A stretch of 64,000 bases of DNA from Psilocybe cubensis (taxonomy: Eukaryota), in NCBI GenBank assembly GCA_017499595.2, contig CM039001.1, forward strand, positions 2,604,001 to 2,668,000. The letters run 5' to 3'. Positions within the stretch are counted from its first letter, which is position 1. The number at the start of each line of letters is the position of its first letter. Shown here one piece after another: positions 13,351 to 25,876 of the stretch. The notes below the pieces were generated by a model. It had not been told where the DNA came from, did no database searches, and saw only the letters and a program-made list of their open reading frames with translations. The position numbers and the translations under genes are program-made.

Positions 13351-13658
13351 GCGATTTATGTAGCATTCATTATTTTCATTTTGCCCATTCCCAACGAACT
13401 ATATCATCTGACGGCGGATATCTGGAAAACGATTATATGGTTGGACACGTTCTTTCTTGGCTTATTATTTTTTTTCCATCCAATCAAAGTATCTCACTAT
13501 TATTTTTTCCGCAAGTGGATGGCGATTTCTAACCATAGCATGTCGGCATTCTGATACGTGGTGTACATTAGTCTTTATGATTTCTTTGGTGTAATGTCCG
13601 TGTGTGTTGTTAATTTTATATCCCATTCAAAACTTGTTTGATTTATATTCATCGGCGC

Positions 13659-16600
13659 CTATCCGATTATCTCGAGGACAACACCTATAATATAACATCA
13701 GCGGATGTCAGGCAAGTTCAAAATCATATGTACATACCTGCCGCAATTGTTTCACCACCTCTTCTGATCAAAATTCTACCCATATCTTTATTGACGGCAA
13801 AAGGCTCTATTGCTATCCCACGGGTTGTCATTGTAGATCCCGACACTTTTGTGCCACGCAAGGTAATCTCGACTTCAGCCGAAGTATTCTTGGTTAATAC
13901 ACTGAGTGTCAGGCACGTAATTAGATAAAGAACAGTAAACAGAACGAAAGAATTAGTACCGAGGATTGGATTTAATAGCTTTCCCAGTAGCGCGGTCAAT
14001 AGTAGTAATTAATTTGGATGTTGTTGCAGGAACATCGCGCGAGTGATGATAGAGTTCCACCTAGCGTAATGTTAAGAGCCAGCCTTACTGATATAAAATG
14101 TGACATACGGAAGTTCCAGCAGTGATTGGGACCTGAATATCGAATACAATAATTCTGGCAGTAAATACGACGGCCAAAGGTACAAGATCTGTCGGAGGAC
14201 AGAGGACACTGCCAGTATGAAGATGGACAGGGTCTATGGCAGTCAGGTGCAGTACAACGTTTGACCCAGATGCAGCCCATGGTACAGACTGATCTTCGAT
14301 ATCAATGCCTAGACACCGTCATTCAGTTAGTTGTTAATTTTTCGAATAATGTATGATATAAATATAACCTTTGACTATAGCTGTCTCGTCTCCGGGCAAG
14401 ACTCTCAACTTTTCGCCTACCTGGACGACCCCACCGCAGAGCCTGCCTGAGACAGAAGCGCCAAGGTTTTGCCTCTTTGAGATATTTGATATCGGGACTC
14501 TCAACGGAGAAATAATATCTCTGGCAGGAGGCACTAACACATCTGGGAAGTGTAAGAGTAATCAAGTCGCACAGTTTTCATCCCCAAATAACATACCAAG
14601 AAGATCAACCAGTGTGGGTCCTTTATACCATTCGGACAATTGTGCTCCTAATACTTTGTCCCGACCGACCAAGTTTATGCCTTGGACAGCACCCACGGGT
14701 ACAAACTTGGTTTTCGAAGGCTGAAAACCAGACTGTATGAGGAATGGACGTAGTTCCTCGCATATTTCTTCATAGCGAGCCCTGCTCCATTCGACCTGCA
14801 ATACAAGAAATCAAACTTCTAAAAAGAGATCTGAATCATCAGTACACTGACCTGATCAAGTTTATTGACAGCTACAATAACTTGAGCCACGCCTAGACTC
14901 CTGACTAGCAACAGATGTTCACGAGTTTGTCCACCTTTTTGGAAACCGGATTCAAATTCGCCGGTCGTGGCATCGACTACGAGAAGGGCGCAATCTGCCT
15001 GTGATGCTCCTGATATCATATTTGGGATAAAATCTTTATGTCCCGGGGCATCAAGAATAGTGATTTGTCTATGAGGCGTCTCTAAAGATTGCAAAGCAAC
15101 ATCCATCGTTATTCCTCTAAAAAAAGTCAACCCCGTCATATAGCGCGCCAAAAAAGAAATTCGTTACCTTTCTCGTTCCTCAACTGTTCCATCGAGGCCC
15201 CACGCCCAACTAAAGCTACTCTTTCCAATTTTGTCGCTACCTCGTTCGTTTGCCCGCCTTGTTTTTTCATCGAGCTTTCCAAGCTCGTACAAAAGCCGAC
15301 CCATGAGGGTAGATTTTCCGGCGTCAACATGGCCTAAAATAAAATATCAATAACAAGTTCCAAAACACTCACAAAAGGGATAAAACCGATGACTACGAGG
15401 CTAATCCCCTTTTTCCCATTAGCGCTTTCAGCATCTAGCAACCTCTTTGCTTCCTCTAGAACTTTATCGCGGGCCAAGATCATTTTAGGGGGTTCTTCTG
15501 CAATAGTGGAAGATACATCAACGTTCTCATTTAAATTCAAACCTGCCATGTCCAAATTCTGCTGATCGTTCGAAGCCTTTCTGAGAGGCGTCGAGGTACC
15601 AACAGAAGGTGCTTTCTTAGGGCCTTTGGCTGGAGATCCCACCGGGGTCGAAGCACGCGAACTAGTAGCAGATCTCTGAGCCATTTTTAAAGCTTTTTCG
15701 CGTTCTTTTGCAGCTGTCAAAATTTGATTATTACACATAAAACTTGTCGCAAAGAACGGTGAAACATTAAAAGATAACAAGAAAGAAAAGAAAAACAAGG
15801 GGAGCCAGAACAAGAGTCACGATTTTGTTATCGCTTCGGAAACCTTCGGCGTAGATAAAGTAGAAGCCTTTTTCGAGCCGGGAGTAGCCTTTTTACGGGC
15901 GTTGAACACGATATCATCTGGACTTGGTCCATCGAAAGCAAATACTTTGGATGTTTGACTAGCAGTCTGAGAAGCATGTTTCGGGGACGTCTTCGGTGGT
16001 TTCCCGTGCCTTTCCTTGTCCTTATTTTTGCGCCTCGCCTCTTTATCTTTTCCTCGATCTTTTGAATTTGATTCGTCATGGATAAGCACAGATGCAAAGG
16101 CAGAAGGCGACGCACGAGCGCGGGTCGTCCCAGGAAGAAAGATGGGCGATATTGGAGGCGCACCGTCATCTTCTGAAGGAAATCCTGAATTTATTGGTGT
16201 TTTCTCTCCTGCCCGTTTTATTTTTAAAGCCAATTTAGAAGGTTTAATATCCGAAGGAGATCCAACCACAGAAATTGGGGATTGGATAGGCACAATGTCA
16301 AGCTTCGGGATAACATTGGATTTAGAGGGGTCTGTAAGACTGTACAACGATTGGTAGGACGTAGTGATTGCAGTGGTCACAGAAGAACCATTGGCGATTG
16401 GTGTAAGATATTCAGTGGTGGTCTTGGGAAGCTTTGGCACCCTGCTAGCATCGACCGTTTGCTGTGCCAGCATCGCAAGTTTAGAGAGAGGACGAGAAGG
16501 AGAGGATGCTGAAGTGTTGTCATACGGAAATGATTTGGAAGAGGCTGTTTCAGACTTCTTTTGGGCAAGTAAAGCTAACTTCGAAAGTGGACGGGCAGAA

Positions 16601-18330
16601 GGCGACGATGTCTTCAGCAGTGAAGAGGCAGCGGCAGGGTTTGAGTCTCTGGGTGTTGGAGTTTTCGACCGTGTTGAGTCCCCATCAGCCACAGGAGACT
16701 GTGGCCTTGAGGCTCTCGGAGTATGTTCCTTGTCCACAGCCTCAAGCTTTATAGCTGTTTGTATGGCCCTTCGGACGATGGAGGATGTGGAGTCATGAAT
16801 GCTCGAATCAGACGATGATGAAATGTGGGACGGTAGAGGTGGAAGTTCTTTGGAAGATGCCACGGAGCTTGGGGGCCTTTCAGACAGGGCTGATGGTCGG
16901 AGTGCGGGATATGTTTTAATAGAACCCATGACAGATGTACCGGAAGACCTGGAGCTTTCACTTCTTGAACTGATTGTGCTCGCTCTTGAACTTGCTAATT
17001 TAGATAACTTGGACTGTGCTTTCCCTGTCGTGCTAGGCAAAGATTGGCTGGGAGTCGGAGGTTGCACCTGAATATGTTCACTGGACTTTGAGGTTAAATC
17101 AGGAATCGATGGTATATCTTTCAAAGATATTTGGTCGCTTGATGTAGGAGGATTGAGAGGGTCTGGAGGCGAAATCGTGGAAGAATTTGAAGGGGGAGGA
17201 TCATAGATAGAAAGTCTCTGGATGGCAGAACCCGAAGGTGATGTTCGGCTTGTGTTTGGGTCTTGTAGATAATGGTGGTCTTCCAGTGACCCCTCACGAT
17301 CTGATTCAACATTAATACACAATACTTTGGACAAGTGTATGGCGATATCTTACCTAACTCTTTGCCATAAGATGTGGTATTACTTGAAACGAATGAACGC
17401 GGAGTTGTTGGAACAACAGACGGTTGTACAGAACGCCAGAGCATGGAAGGTTCAGTCCTCTCGGTCCTTTCTGTGATAGTGCTGAGCCTATGGGGACGCG
17501 TTGAGGCCGGGGAACTTGCAACAGCCAAGTATGCCTGGTTGTCAAAGCCAGGTTGTTGTTGAGCGAGAAATATGGATGGAAGACGTGGCCGTGTTTCTGT
17601 TTCATGCATCCCTTGTTCACTGTCTAGTATTTGAAAGTTTCCAGAATGACTGTCTTGGTAATACTGATAAGATCCTCCAATATTATCCGTTGAGGGATCA
17701 TTGACATGATCGCCCCAGTCCCCTAGAGCATAGATGAGCAAAAAGTCGTGAAGATATATTCAAATACGGTGGGTAGGAGAAATGCACCTTCTCAGTTGAT
17801 ATGTTTCTTATGTCAAGATCAACAGACTCGTCGGGCGCAGAATTCACCAAAGAAAGAAGGGGGATATAAAGCATTTATTTTTAAAAGCTCACCTTTACGT
17901 TCTTTGGCCTGTTGCCGTCTTTGGCGTTCCTCTGACCTGATCATTAGATTGCGCATTGCACCCTCTGCACAAAGTTACGAACCAAGAGCCCATTCGATAG
18001 TTTTCTCGATGTCAAAGTAGTATTCCCAGAGAACGTCCCTTATTTCGTTGTCCGAGAAGCCTGACTGAGATTCATCGCCGATAACCAATTTCACCTGGTC
18101 AAGCCCATCTTCCATTCGAGCTTGGTCGAGTTCAGCTTGGACCGACGCCAACATATTTGTATCGTGCAGACCTTGTTGATCTGGCGTCATATCGTAATCA
18201 CCGCCGTCGGATAAAGCGTCGTCTTCAAGTTCATCTGCGATGCGAGGCATTTCAGACTTGTTTAATGTGGAGAGGATGAAATGCGTTCACCCTGGATGTT
18301 CATATTTCGGATATCCCTATGTCTCGACAT
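13659..18330 (-). CDS. HBS1: HBS1-like translational GTPase (isoform splicing 17893 to 15713)
   Basis: [11 protein letters not shown]-term and HBS1_N-like region ([19 protein letters not shown]); [47 protein letters not shown]-terminal [15 protein letters not shown]. Confidence 0.92.
15817..17722 (-). CDS. Alternative terminal exons of the HBS1 locus encoding a Ski7-like (HBS1LV3-like) disordered region
   Basis: Same-phase acceptor at 17722; internal intron about 17352-17301; open frame to TGA at 15817 with ARASPSAFA and [12 protein letters not shown] motifs. Confidence 0.75.
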
Positions 18331-18604
18331 GCTTGATCTTGATACTAAGTTGCCAATGAGGATATAACCAAAGCTTGAAAGTGCATAACATACAATATGG
18401 TAGGCAGAATTTGTGTTCTAGTTTAACAAGTTGTAAACAGAGTGTTTCCCCAATGAAGGAATACGGTCACGAATCCCGGTGCTTATCACGAATTGAGCTC
18501 CTAACGGCCTGACAAACAATACACAACACGTTCCTGACAGCTCGTCTGAGCTTCACGCGTCGCCCAACTTTTTTCCAAACAACATTGAATACCCCGTATC
18601 CATA

Positions 18605-19296
18605 ATGCTCTCCGCAATTCGTGTATCTGCCGCGCGCTCTTTTACTGCTCGTGTGCGTATCCTATATTGCTCGTCCTATATTCACCGTGTAGTCTAACCA
18701 GCCATTAGTCCTTTTCTTCGTCCAGTCGCGCAAGTGACCTCTCCAAATTGACGCTGATTGGTAACCTTGCGAGAGACCCAGAGGCCCGTCTGACCAAAAA
18801 CGACAAAGAATACATAACGTTTGTGTTTATTGATAGAATTCCAACATGCCAAACGACTGACTACTTTTTGCTGCAGATATACGGTCGCTGTTAGGAATTC
18901 AGGCCCACCTCCTGGTCCAGACGGAGGTATTTTTTTTTACTCTTAACTGGATACTGAAGGGCATGCTAAATCAATTGCTTAGAGCGTACCCGTGGCTCCA
19001 CCACTTACCACAGGGTTCTTTCCTTCAACGATGGCTCTAACAAATATCTTCGTACTTTGAAAAAGGGTAGTCGAATCTATTGCGAAACAACCTTCGAATT
19101 GAAAGAGCCAGCTCCTGATGCCGACCCATCCACTCCACAAGGACAACGTCAAATCTTCCTTCGACATGGTATGATAGCGCCCAACCAATCCAATATCTTT
19201 CTTACCAACGCTTTTATAGAGTCCCTCAAAGTAATCTCTACTCCCAAGCCCCAGGAACATAGCGAGGAGTCGACTGAAGACCGGTCCTTTGTCTAA
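18605..19296 (+). CDS. RIM1: Mitochondrial single-stranded DNA-binding protein
   Basis: Presequence MLSAIRVSAARSF; SKLTLIGNLARDPE; YTVAV; LKKGSRIYCE (SSB OB-fold). Confidence 0.85.
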
Positions 19297-19332
19297 GCTC
19301 AGTTTGTGATATCTTACGAAATTAACCTATCA

Positions 19333-20286
19333 TCAATGTTCTTCATTGTGGATGAAGGGCGATTCAGGCCGCTGCTCCATTCCGCTTGGCCCTGGTAGCT
19401 CTGGTAACCAGTCCTGTATTATAAGTGTGAGCTCGTTCATATAATGGTTAATTTGCAAATTATCACCTTGCTTTCCTGATGAAATACGGGGTCAGGCATA
19501 GTTGGTGCGGGCGTTTGACTATCGCGCCGCAATTTGACTAGGTAATCACGTATGGTCGTTGACACGAGCTTAACCGTGCAGACTGAGTGCTTCAAAGTAC
19601 ATCGTTGTCGACGGCGACATTGGACTCACATTATGGTCTTCTTGTGATGACCCTGAATAGCAGGCGACTATTGCAATTGGGCAACATGGCGCGTTCTTTT
19701 TACCAACATCGTTAATGAGCATCCACTTGGGTGTGGCCAGTGTTCAAACGTACTTCCAACCATATTGGGAAAGCTATTTGGATACGCAAATCAATCCAGC
19801 GGCTCTCGAATGTATGAACAAGCACAGACCTCCGCCGTTAACGCGAAATACATCGTCTTGCAGTCCCATCTGCTTCGCAGTCTTCCCCATCGCACTCATT
19901 CCTTTTTCGACGTAGAAACTTGAGTGACCGGTTCGCTTGACTGTATCAATCATTCCCTCAAGACATGCCCAACTATCCAGGCTAACATCCCCAATCCCAC
20001 TGGCGCCACCCAGGTCACCGACAGTGCAAGCGAATAGCGTATGCCCTGCGATCGTTTGTACCGATAGTACAAGTCCCTTCCCTTTTATATGTCGTTGCGT
20101 TGCTCGAAAACGTTTTCTCAGAGATAGACCCTATCGGAGCCCTCCAAGCATTGAGTATGCAGTATCCCATGGCAAGTGTGATCATCATACCAAGGTCACA
20201 GCATCTGCTGAGGAGAAAGAGGAGAATCGATATCTTCCTTCATCAGCCAAAGCTTGAGTTGCGAGTTCTGCGTCTGTTGGAGACAT
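19333..20286 (-). CDS. UPF0303 / Haem_degrading (GlcG/HbpS-like, YBR137W-like) protein
   Basis: Manual splicing: MSPTDAELATQALADEGRYRFSSFSSADAVTL|GLSLRKRF...VKRTGHSSFYVE...VNGG|AFPIWL..|..IVACYSGSSQEDHN|LVSTTIRDYL; absent from the ORF track; 3' end less certain. Confidence 0.75.
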
Positions 20287-21193
20287 GTTGTGCAATCTTG
20301 TGAACATTGACACAGAAAACCTCAGTATGAGAGTGCAGAAACTAATGATGAAAAACCGACAAGATGTGGCAAGAATTTATATATATCGATGAGGCTGCGT
20401 GTTCCTGAGCGACAAAGCGTTTGCCATGTGTCGCTCAGAAGCCCAGCCTTGGGAGTGTGCCAAATAGTGCAACGAGGCGTCCACCTTGCTCATTTGCGCG
20501 AGTTAATAATAATAAAATACAGATACCCAAAGGTCTTCAAAAGATTATTCAAGATATTCCATAGTCTTTTCTGTTCAATTTAAAAGGCTTGCAAACAAGT
20601 ACAATGGATGAATTGAGCACATTGTAGTATCTAATGATGATGGAAAAGATGATCACTAGCACAGGTCATGAAGATCTTCATGTCTTCCACGATTTTCTGA
20701 ATCTGATTATTATCTGGTGAAAGGTCAAGTGTATCTAGGAGATCAATTTTGATCTAGTTTTCCTGATTACAGGCTAGGTGATCATTGAACAATTTCGACC
20801 GTACCATGCCCTCTTTGCTGACCTGCATGAACGCGGAAGTGTCCTCGCGGTAGTCTGAAGAACGACGACGGAGCACGTCAAACAGTAATATCAGCAGCAG
20901 CTAGTTTAGCGGAGAAAGATAATATTCGGCGTTTAGAAGCACTTCGCATTTGCTCTTTTGACTAGAAGGTTACCCTTGGGTTATACTTGATTTTAGATGG
21001 AGGCTGAAGCGCTGAGGTTTAGTGATAGTACACTTCAACACAAGTTGTAAAACGTGTGCGTGCCGTGTAGACTTTTTTTTTTTTTACAATTACGTAAGCG
21101 TTTATCAACGTCAATTGGATCCGAGATTTTGATCCAAACGCGTACTGAACAGCTTTTAATTTGATTCTATTGACTGACCTTTACAAAAACTTC

Positions 21194-22450
21194 ATGTTCT
21201 TGTCTCGACTACGACAGATCTATGCACGGTTTATGGCTCCTGTCGAATTCACCACACAGGTTATGAAATGCGATCCATCGAACATAACGTTTCTCCCGTC
21301 TTCTGACGAGCCATACATAACATCCGAAGAAACTTCAGAGGCACTGAAAATTGCCTCGCATCGGCTGGTTGATTTGGCACAAACTGTAGTATTCCCAACG
21401 GAAACCGTATATGGACTTGGAGCTCTAGCGCTGGATGCTTCTGCAGCAGCCAAAATCTTTGCCACTAAAGGACGTCCTCCCGACAATCCGCTGATCGTTC
21501 ACGTCTCTTCCTTCAGTATGCTGCGTTCCCTCCTTCCACCTGGATACAATATTCCGAAATCATACGAAGTTTTAATGAAGCATTTCTGGCCCGGTGCACT
21601 AACACTTCTATTCCCTCGCAACGCCGACATGGTACCCAACATCATCACTGCTGGCCAGCCCTCTGTGGCCATTCGAATGCCTTCACATCCAGTGGCCCGA
21701 GCCTTGATCGCTACTGCCAATGCGCCACTCGCCGCTCCCAGCGCCAATACATCAGGGAAACCAAGTCCAACACGAGCAGAACACGTTCACCGCGATCTAG
21801 ACGGGAAAGTAAGTCTCATACTCGACGGCGGTGCTTGTGGTCTAGGTTTGGAAAGTACTGTTGTCGACGGTTTACACGCAGATGGGAACTTGCGTGTATT
21901 AAGGCCTGGTGGAGTCACAGTTGAAGACCTAGAAAGGGTCTTACGCCAGGAGTTTCATGACATCGCCCATATACCAAGAGTCCTGGTGCATAAACGCGAC
22001 TATGCTGACGAGCAGCTTGAAAGTGCACCAACGACTCCTGGTATGAAATACCGCCATTACTCTCCTTCCGTTCCGGTTACCCTTCTCTTAACTCTCCCCA
22101 GCCTATCTGGATCACAACCAGTAGTTAAGCTCTCAGATTACGTGGCTTCTCAGCGGAGGCACCATGTTAATCCAGAAACTCTCAAAATCGGTGTACTGGC
22201 ACCCACGGACTCTAAACTCTGGAACGAAATAGACTCGATAAAAGACGTAGAATGGGCCCATTTCCCTTTGGGAAGTCTAGCTGAACCTTCAGTCATTGCA
22301 CACAATCTATTTGATGGCTTGTTGAGCCTAGAGCAGAAAGGAGTTCACTTGATGTTAATAGAAGAAGTAGAGGAAACCAAAGAAGGTCTTGCGATCATGA
22401 ATCGGGTCCGGAAGGCTGCTGGCGATTCTGTACGGATCGCATTGTTGTAG
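21194..22450 (+). CDS. SUA5: Threonylcarbamoyl-AMP synthase Sua5 (intronless)
   Basis: FPTETVYGLGA, KGRPPDNPLIVH, AAPSANTSGKPSPT, GLESTVVD, PGMKYRHYSP. Confidence 0.96.
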   Translation: MFLSRLRQIYARFMAPVEFTTQVMKCDPSNITFLPSSDEPYITSEETSEALKIASHRLVDLAQTVVFPTETVYGLGALALDASAAAKIFATKGRPPDNPLIVHVSSFSMLRSLLPPGYNIPKSYEVLMKHFWPGALTLLFPRNADMVPNIITAGQPSVAIRMPSHPVARALIATANAPLAAPSANTSGKPSPTRAEHVHRDLDGKVSLILDGGACGLGLESTVVDGLHADGNLRVLRPGGVTVEDLERVLRQEFHDIAHIPRVLVHKRDYADEQLESAPTTPGMKYRHYSPSVPVTLLLTLPSLSGSQPVVKLSDYVASQRRHHVNPETLKIGVLAPTDSKLWNEIDSIKDVEWAHFPLGSLAEPSVIAHNLFDGLLSLEQKGVHLMLIEEVEETKEGLAIMNRVRKAAGDSVRIALL

Positions 22451-23406
22451 ATATATGTGAGCGACTATCATTCGTTATCATTTCCTTTCGAACAACTTTG
22501 ACATACAATTTGTCGTAAGCTTTTTGCATCTCAATGATTTATGCAAATCATAATATGTACGTTTACTCGAGTTTAATGCACAGTTTTTTTTTAATTCCTC
22601 CATGTATTCTTTAGGACAGGAATCGCAGAAATGCAAAATAGAGGCATCATATGTTCACTTTAACCTCCTAAAATCCTCCGAATTCTGTCGTTCCGGAGAA
22701 GTAGAATCTTGACGAACCGCCAAGCACTTGAAACGAGAATGAAGACCAATTCTTCGAGGTCGATAACCAGTCTTGCAATTAGCAATCGCTTTATTTTCCG
22801 AGTTGGAAGGTGACCTGCCATGATGCCTGAGCAGCTGGTTATCTTGTTTATTCGAGTCTAGACGTTACACTTAAACGTCAGGAAAATTTCTCTTCAGTTT
22901 TCCCTACCAACTACGTACAGTTTCCTGGATCCTTAATCGCATTTCCTATGTTCTCACTATTTATCGTACAGGCACTTGATTCAAAAACTAACTAATATAC
23001 TAGCAATTGCTTCCTTTTAGACTCCCATCAGCTATCTATTGGTTCCGGAAAACGTGAACCGGAGGGTGCCGTGAAGTGGTCCCAAACCTCCCTGGCAATA
23101 GACTCCGTTGACCTTTTAGAGACAATTAGGCACCGAGATCAAAAACGTGAACCGGATGTTGCCGCGCTACTATGTCTTTCTGCTCATTCGGTAGATATGA
23201 TCGTCTTTCACCTTCGTTTCACCCAATGAATCACCCAGGCTCTTTGGCAAATTGCCTCGTGTCCAATGAAGTCGCGTCGGGATTCAGGACATATATAAGG
23301 CGCCTTCAGAAATGTTTACAAGCCCCCAGATTTCACCTATTTTCACGACCGTCCCGACTCCTCACGACCTCAGAATACGCGCCTCGTTCAGCAGATCCTC
23401 ACAAAA

Positions 23407-24991
23407 ATGTCTTCCCCTCGTACGTTTACTTAAAATTCTCTGAAGCCGGGTGAAAAACTTACCCCACACCAACAAAACTTTTAGGTGATATCAAGACCGA
23501 GGATACTCTCCACTCGCGAGACTCTCATAGTCCAATAGAATGGCCATCTACACCCACCAATCATCTATCCATTCCCAACATCGTCATCCCTCAAGCACGC
23601 ATGTCTGATTTCTCCTCTGAAGTTCCTGTGTCGAAGGTCGCTCGGGAGGCTCGCAGGTTCGAGGAGGCTTCTTACCAATCCGAGCGTCGCGAACCGTTTA
23701 TGGTTAACTTCTCTCGCAACGATAGCACATCGCCACAGGCTTCCATAACTCCAACTACTCCAACCACTCCTACCCATAGTCGAGGTCCATCACCGTCTTC
23801 TTCAGAGCCATCACCCCCCAAGGTTGCTCGTCCTCCCAATGCCTTTATGATATTCCGATCGTGGTGGCTGAAGCAGAACGAGATCCCAAAACACGTAGAG
23901 AAGCGCCAGCAGGCCCTGAGTCGCGTCGCCGGACAGGTTTGGGGTCTTCTTGAAGAATCGGAAAAGCAAAAGTGGCATTTGAAGGCCTCCGAAATCCAAC
24001 GCAAGCACAAGGAAGACAATCCGGACTACAAATTTGTTCCTTCACCACGAGGATCGCGAAAGAACAAGGACAAATCTCAGTCTTTGCCAGGAGATGTCAC
24101 GACCGCTGAGGATCAGACGAAGCTCCTTCGCGAACGGTACACCAAGTATGCTGGTCCCTCTCCAATTCCTACTCGCAAGAAACAGGCGAAGAAGTCTCGC
24201 AGCGTCGACGCGCCCAGCCCCTCTAGAGTCTCTAACCCTTCTGTTACGGGTTCTCCTCTGTCGCGATCAGCTCCTACTCCGCGCTCTTTAGTGGCTTCTG
24301 CCGGGCCTTCTCCGGCTCATGGTGGGGCATTGCTTTCCCAGCCCGAATTTCCACAACTTCATCTTCCGCCTCCTCCTACATTGCTCAATTTCGACGGCTA
24401 CTCGCAGGGTCAATTTTCTCTTGCAGATGCCAACGTGGAGGGGAACAAGTCCCTGGAGAGCATCCAGTATAACTTTGGAAATAACGATCAGTCCATGGTA
24501 TGTGGTTTTTGGTGCACTTCAGGTGCTGGATTCTTACGGATTGTTCTGTTCTCCAGATGTTTGCCCACTATGACACCAACGGTGCTTACCAACAATTGTC
24601 GGGAGGTCTAAATGCTGGGTCATGGACCCAACAATCATTCGCTGGAACGACTCCCCAACTCGAAGCGAAACTCCAAGGTCTTCATCAACAACTCGCAGGG
24701 CCATTCTCTCCCCCTGCTGCCGTACTTCCTCAAAATACCGCCGATACCACTCAAATCAAGGACTTCTTTTCCTTCCCTGCTCTGGAGAACGTCAATTTCA
24801 ATTTGGGTACTGGGAACGAAGATGCTTTCTTCAACACTATCTTCCATCCCGACCTGTATGCTCAGGATCAGGTCGATGCTACACCTAACCTCGACCTCAC
24901 TGACGCTCATGAAATTGCACTTCACCTCAATCAAGTTCAGTACAACTTTGCTGACGACAACCTCTTCTCGACCTTTGGCAGACTGCAATGA
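23407..24991 (+). CDS. HMG-box (MATA_HMG-type) transcription factor
   Basis: KVARPPNAFMIFRS...LSRVAGQVWGLLEESEKQKW...HKEDNPDYKFVP; short first exon MSSP splices in frame into the 23601 ORF. Confidence 0.88.
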
Positions 24992-25275
24992 TCACGATCA
25001 CGACCACCATTTATGATTCACGACACCTCTCTCATCAATTGATCTCATCTGTATTTTTATTTTTTTCATTTCAACACATTGGCATATGCATTTTATGGAT
25101 TTGGATTCTGGGGCTTCGTTCGCATTCTGTATTTACCATACAACCGCTCATTGATTGAGAGTACCGGTTGTCTATTCTTCATGTACATATTTTATCATCT
25201 TCGTTCTATCTGCAATACATCCTTCTAGACGGTCATACTATATACACAAGATCTTGAGCAAGAGTTGAGAGAACG

Positions 25276-25876
25276 TTACGCGGTGGGTTCAACGGCGGTG
25301 ATGGTTTGTGCCAATTGCTCAAGCTTGGAGTCTAGTAAATCGAGGATGGACTGTAAATCGGGATGGTTCTCTCCTTCCGGGACGCTCATCAGCGTGGACG
25401 GACGGTGGTATGCGACGATAGCTCCGGGGCCGTCTGGCTTTTCGGCGACTAAGAGACGTGGTGGAACGCAGAACCCGGCTAGTGGGTTGTGCGTCAGAAT
25501 CTTTTGGGCGATGAGGGGATTCCCCACGACGTAAGATACATTGGCGGGCTTCTTGACGCCGTCGTATTGAAGGATTCTGTGGTGGGGGTAGTCGAAAAAG
25601 TACCTGCAATCAAAAAGACATACAGTCCGTCAGATGAATGATGATGGTATAGACAGATTCGGCATTTACTGACAAGAAGCTATTAGGCTTGTATTTGTTG
25701 ATGGTGGATATGAATTCTTCTTGATTCTTGACTGCGCGAATCTGCGCCATGATATCTTCCGAGCCTGCCTTGTTTATTTCGACATCCAGACGCGAGATGA
25801 CCTCTGCGAATGGGAGGCTTGTTTCGAATCTGATGAGATCCACGGAGATGGAGGTTGTAGTTTTAGCTGTCGACAT
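25276..25876 (-). CDS. DUF302 (TT1751-like) protein
   Basis: TSLPFAEVISRLD; YVVGNPLIAQKILTHNPLAGFCVPPRLLVAE...VAYHRPSTLM...LDSKLEQL. Confidence 0.82.

Noticed and set aside
20340-20710. Two ATGATGA...CTGA pairs resembling C/D-box snoRNAs (about 20345-20408 and 20634-20706)
   Set aside because: No rRNA or snRNA antisense guide recognisable and no convincing terminal stems; a snoscan/Infernal search would be needed.
23407-24991. HMG-box gene as a mating-type locus
   Set aside because: Agaricomycete mating type uses homeodomain and pheromone/receptor genes, and none are adjacent.
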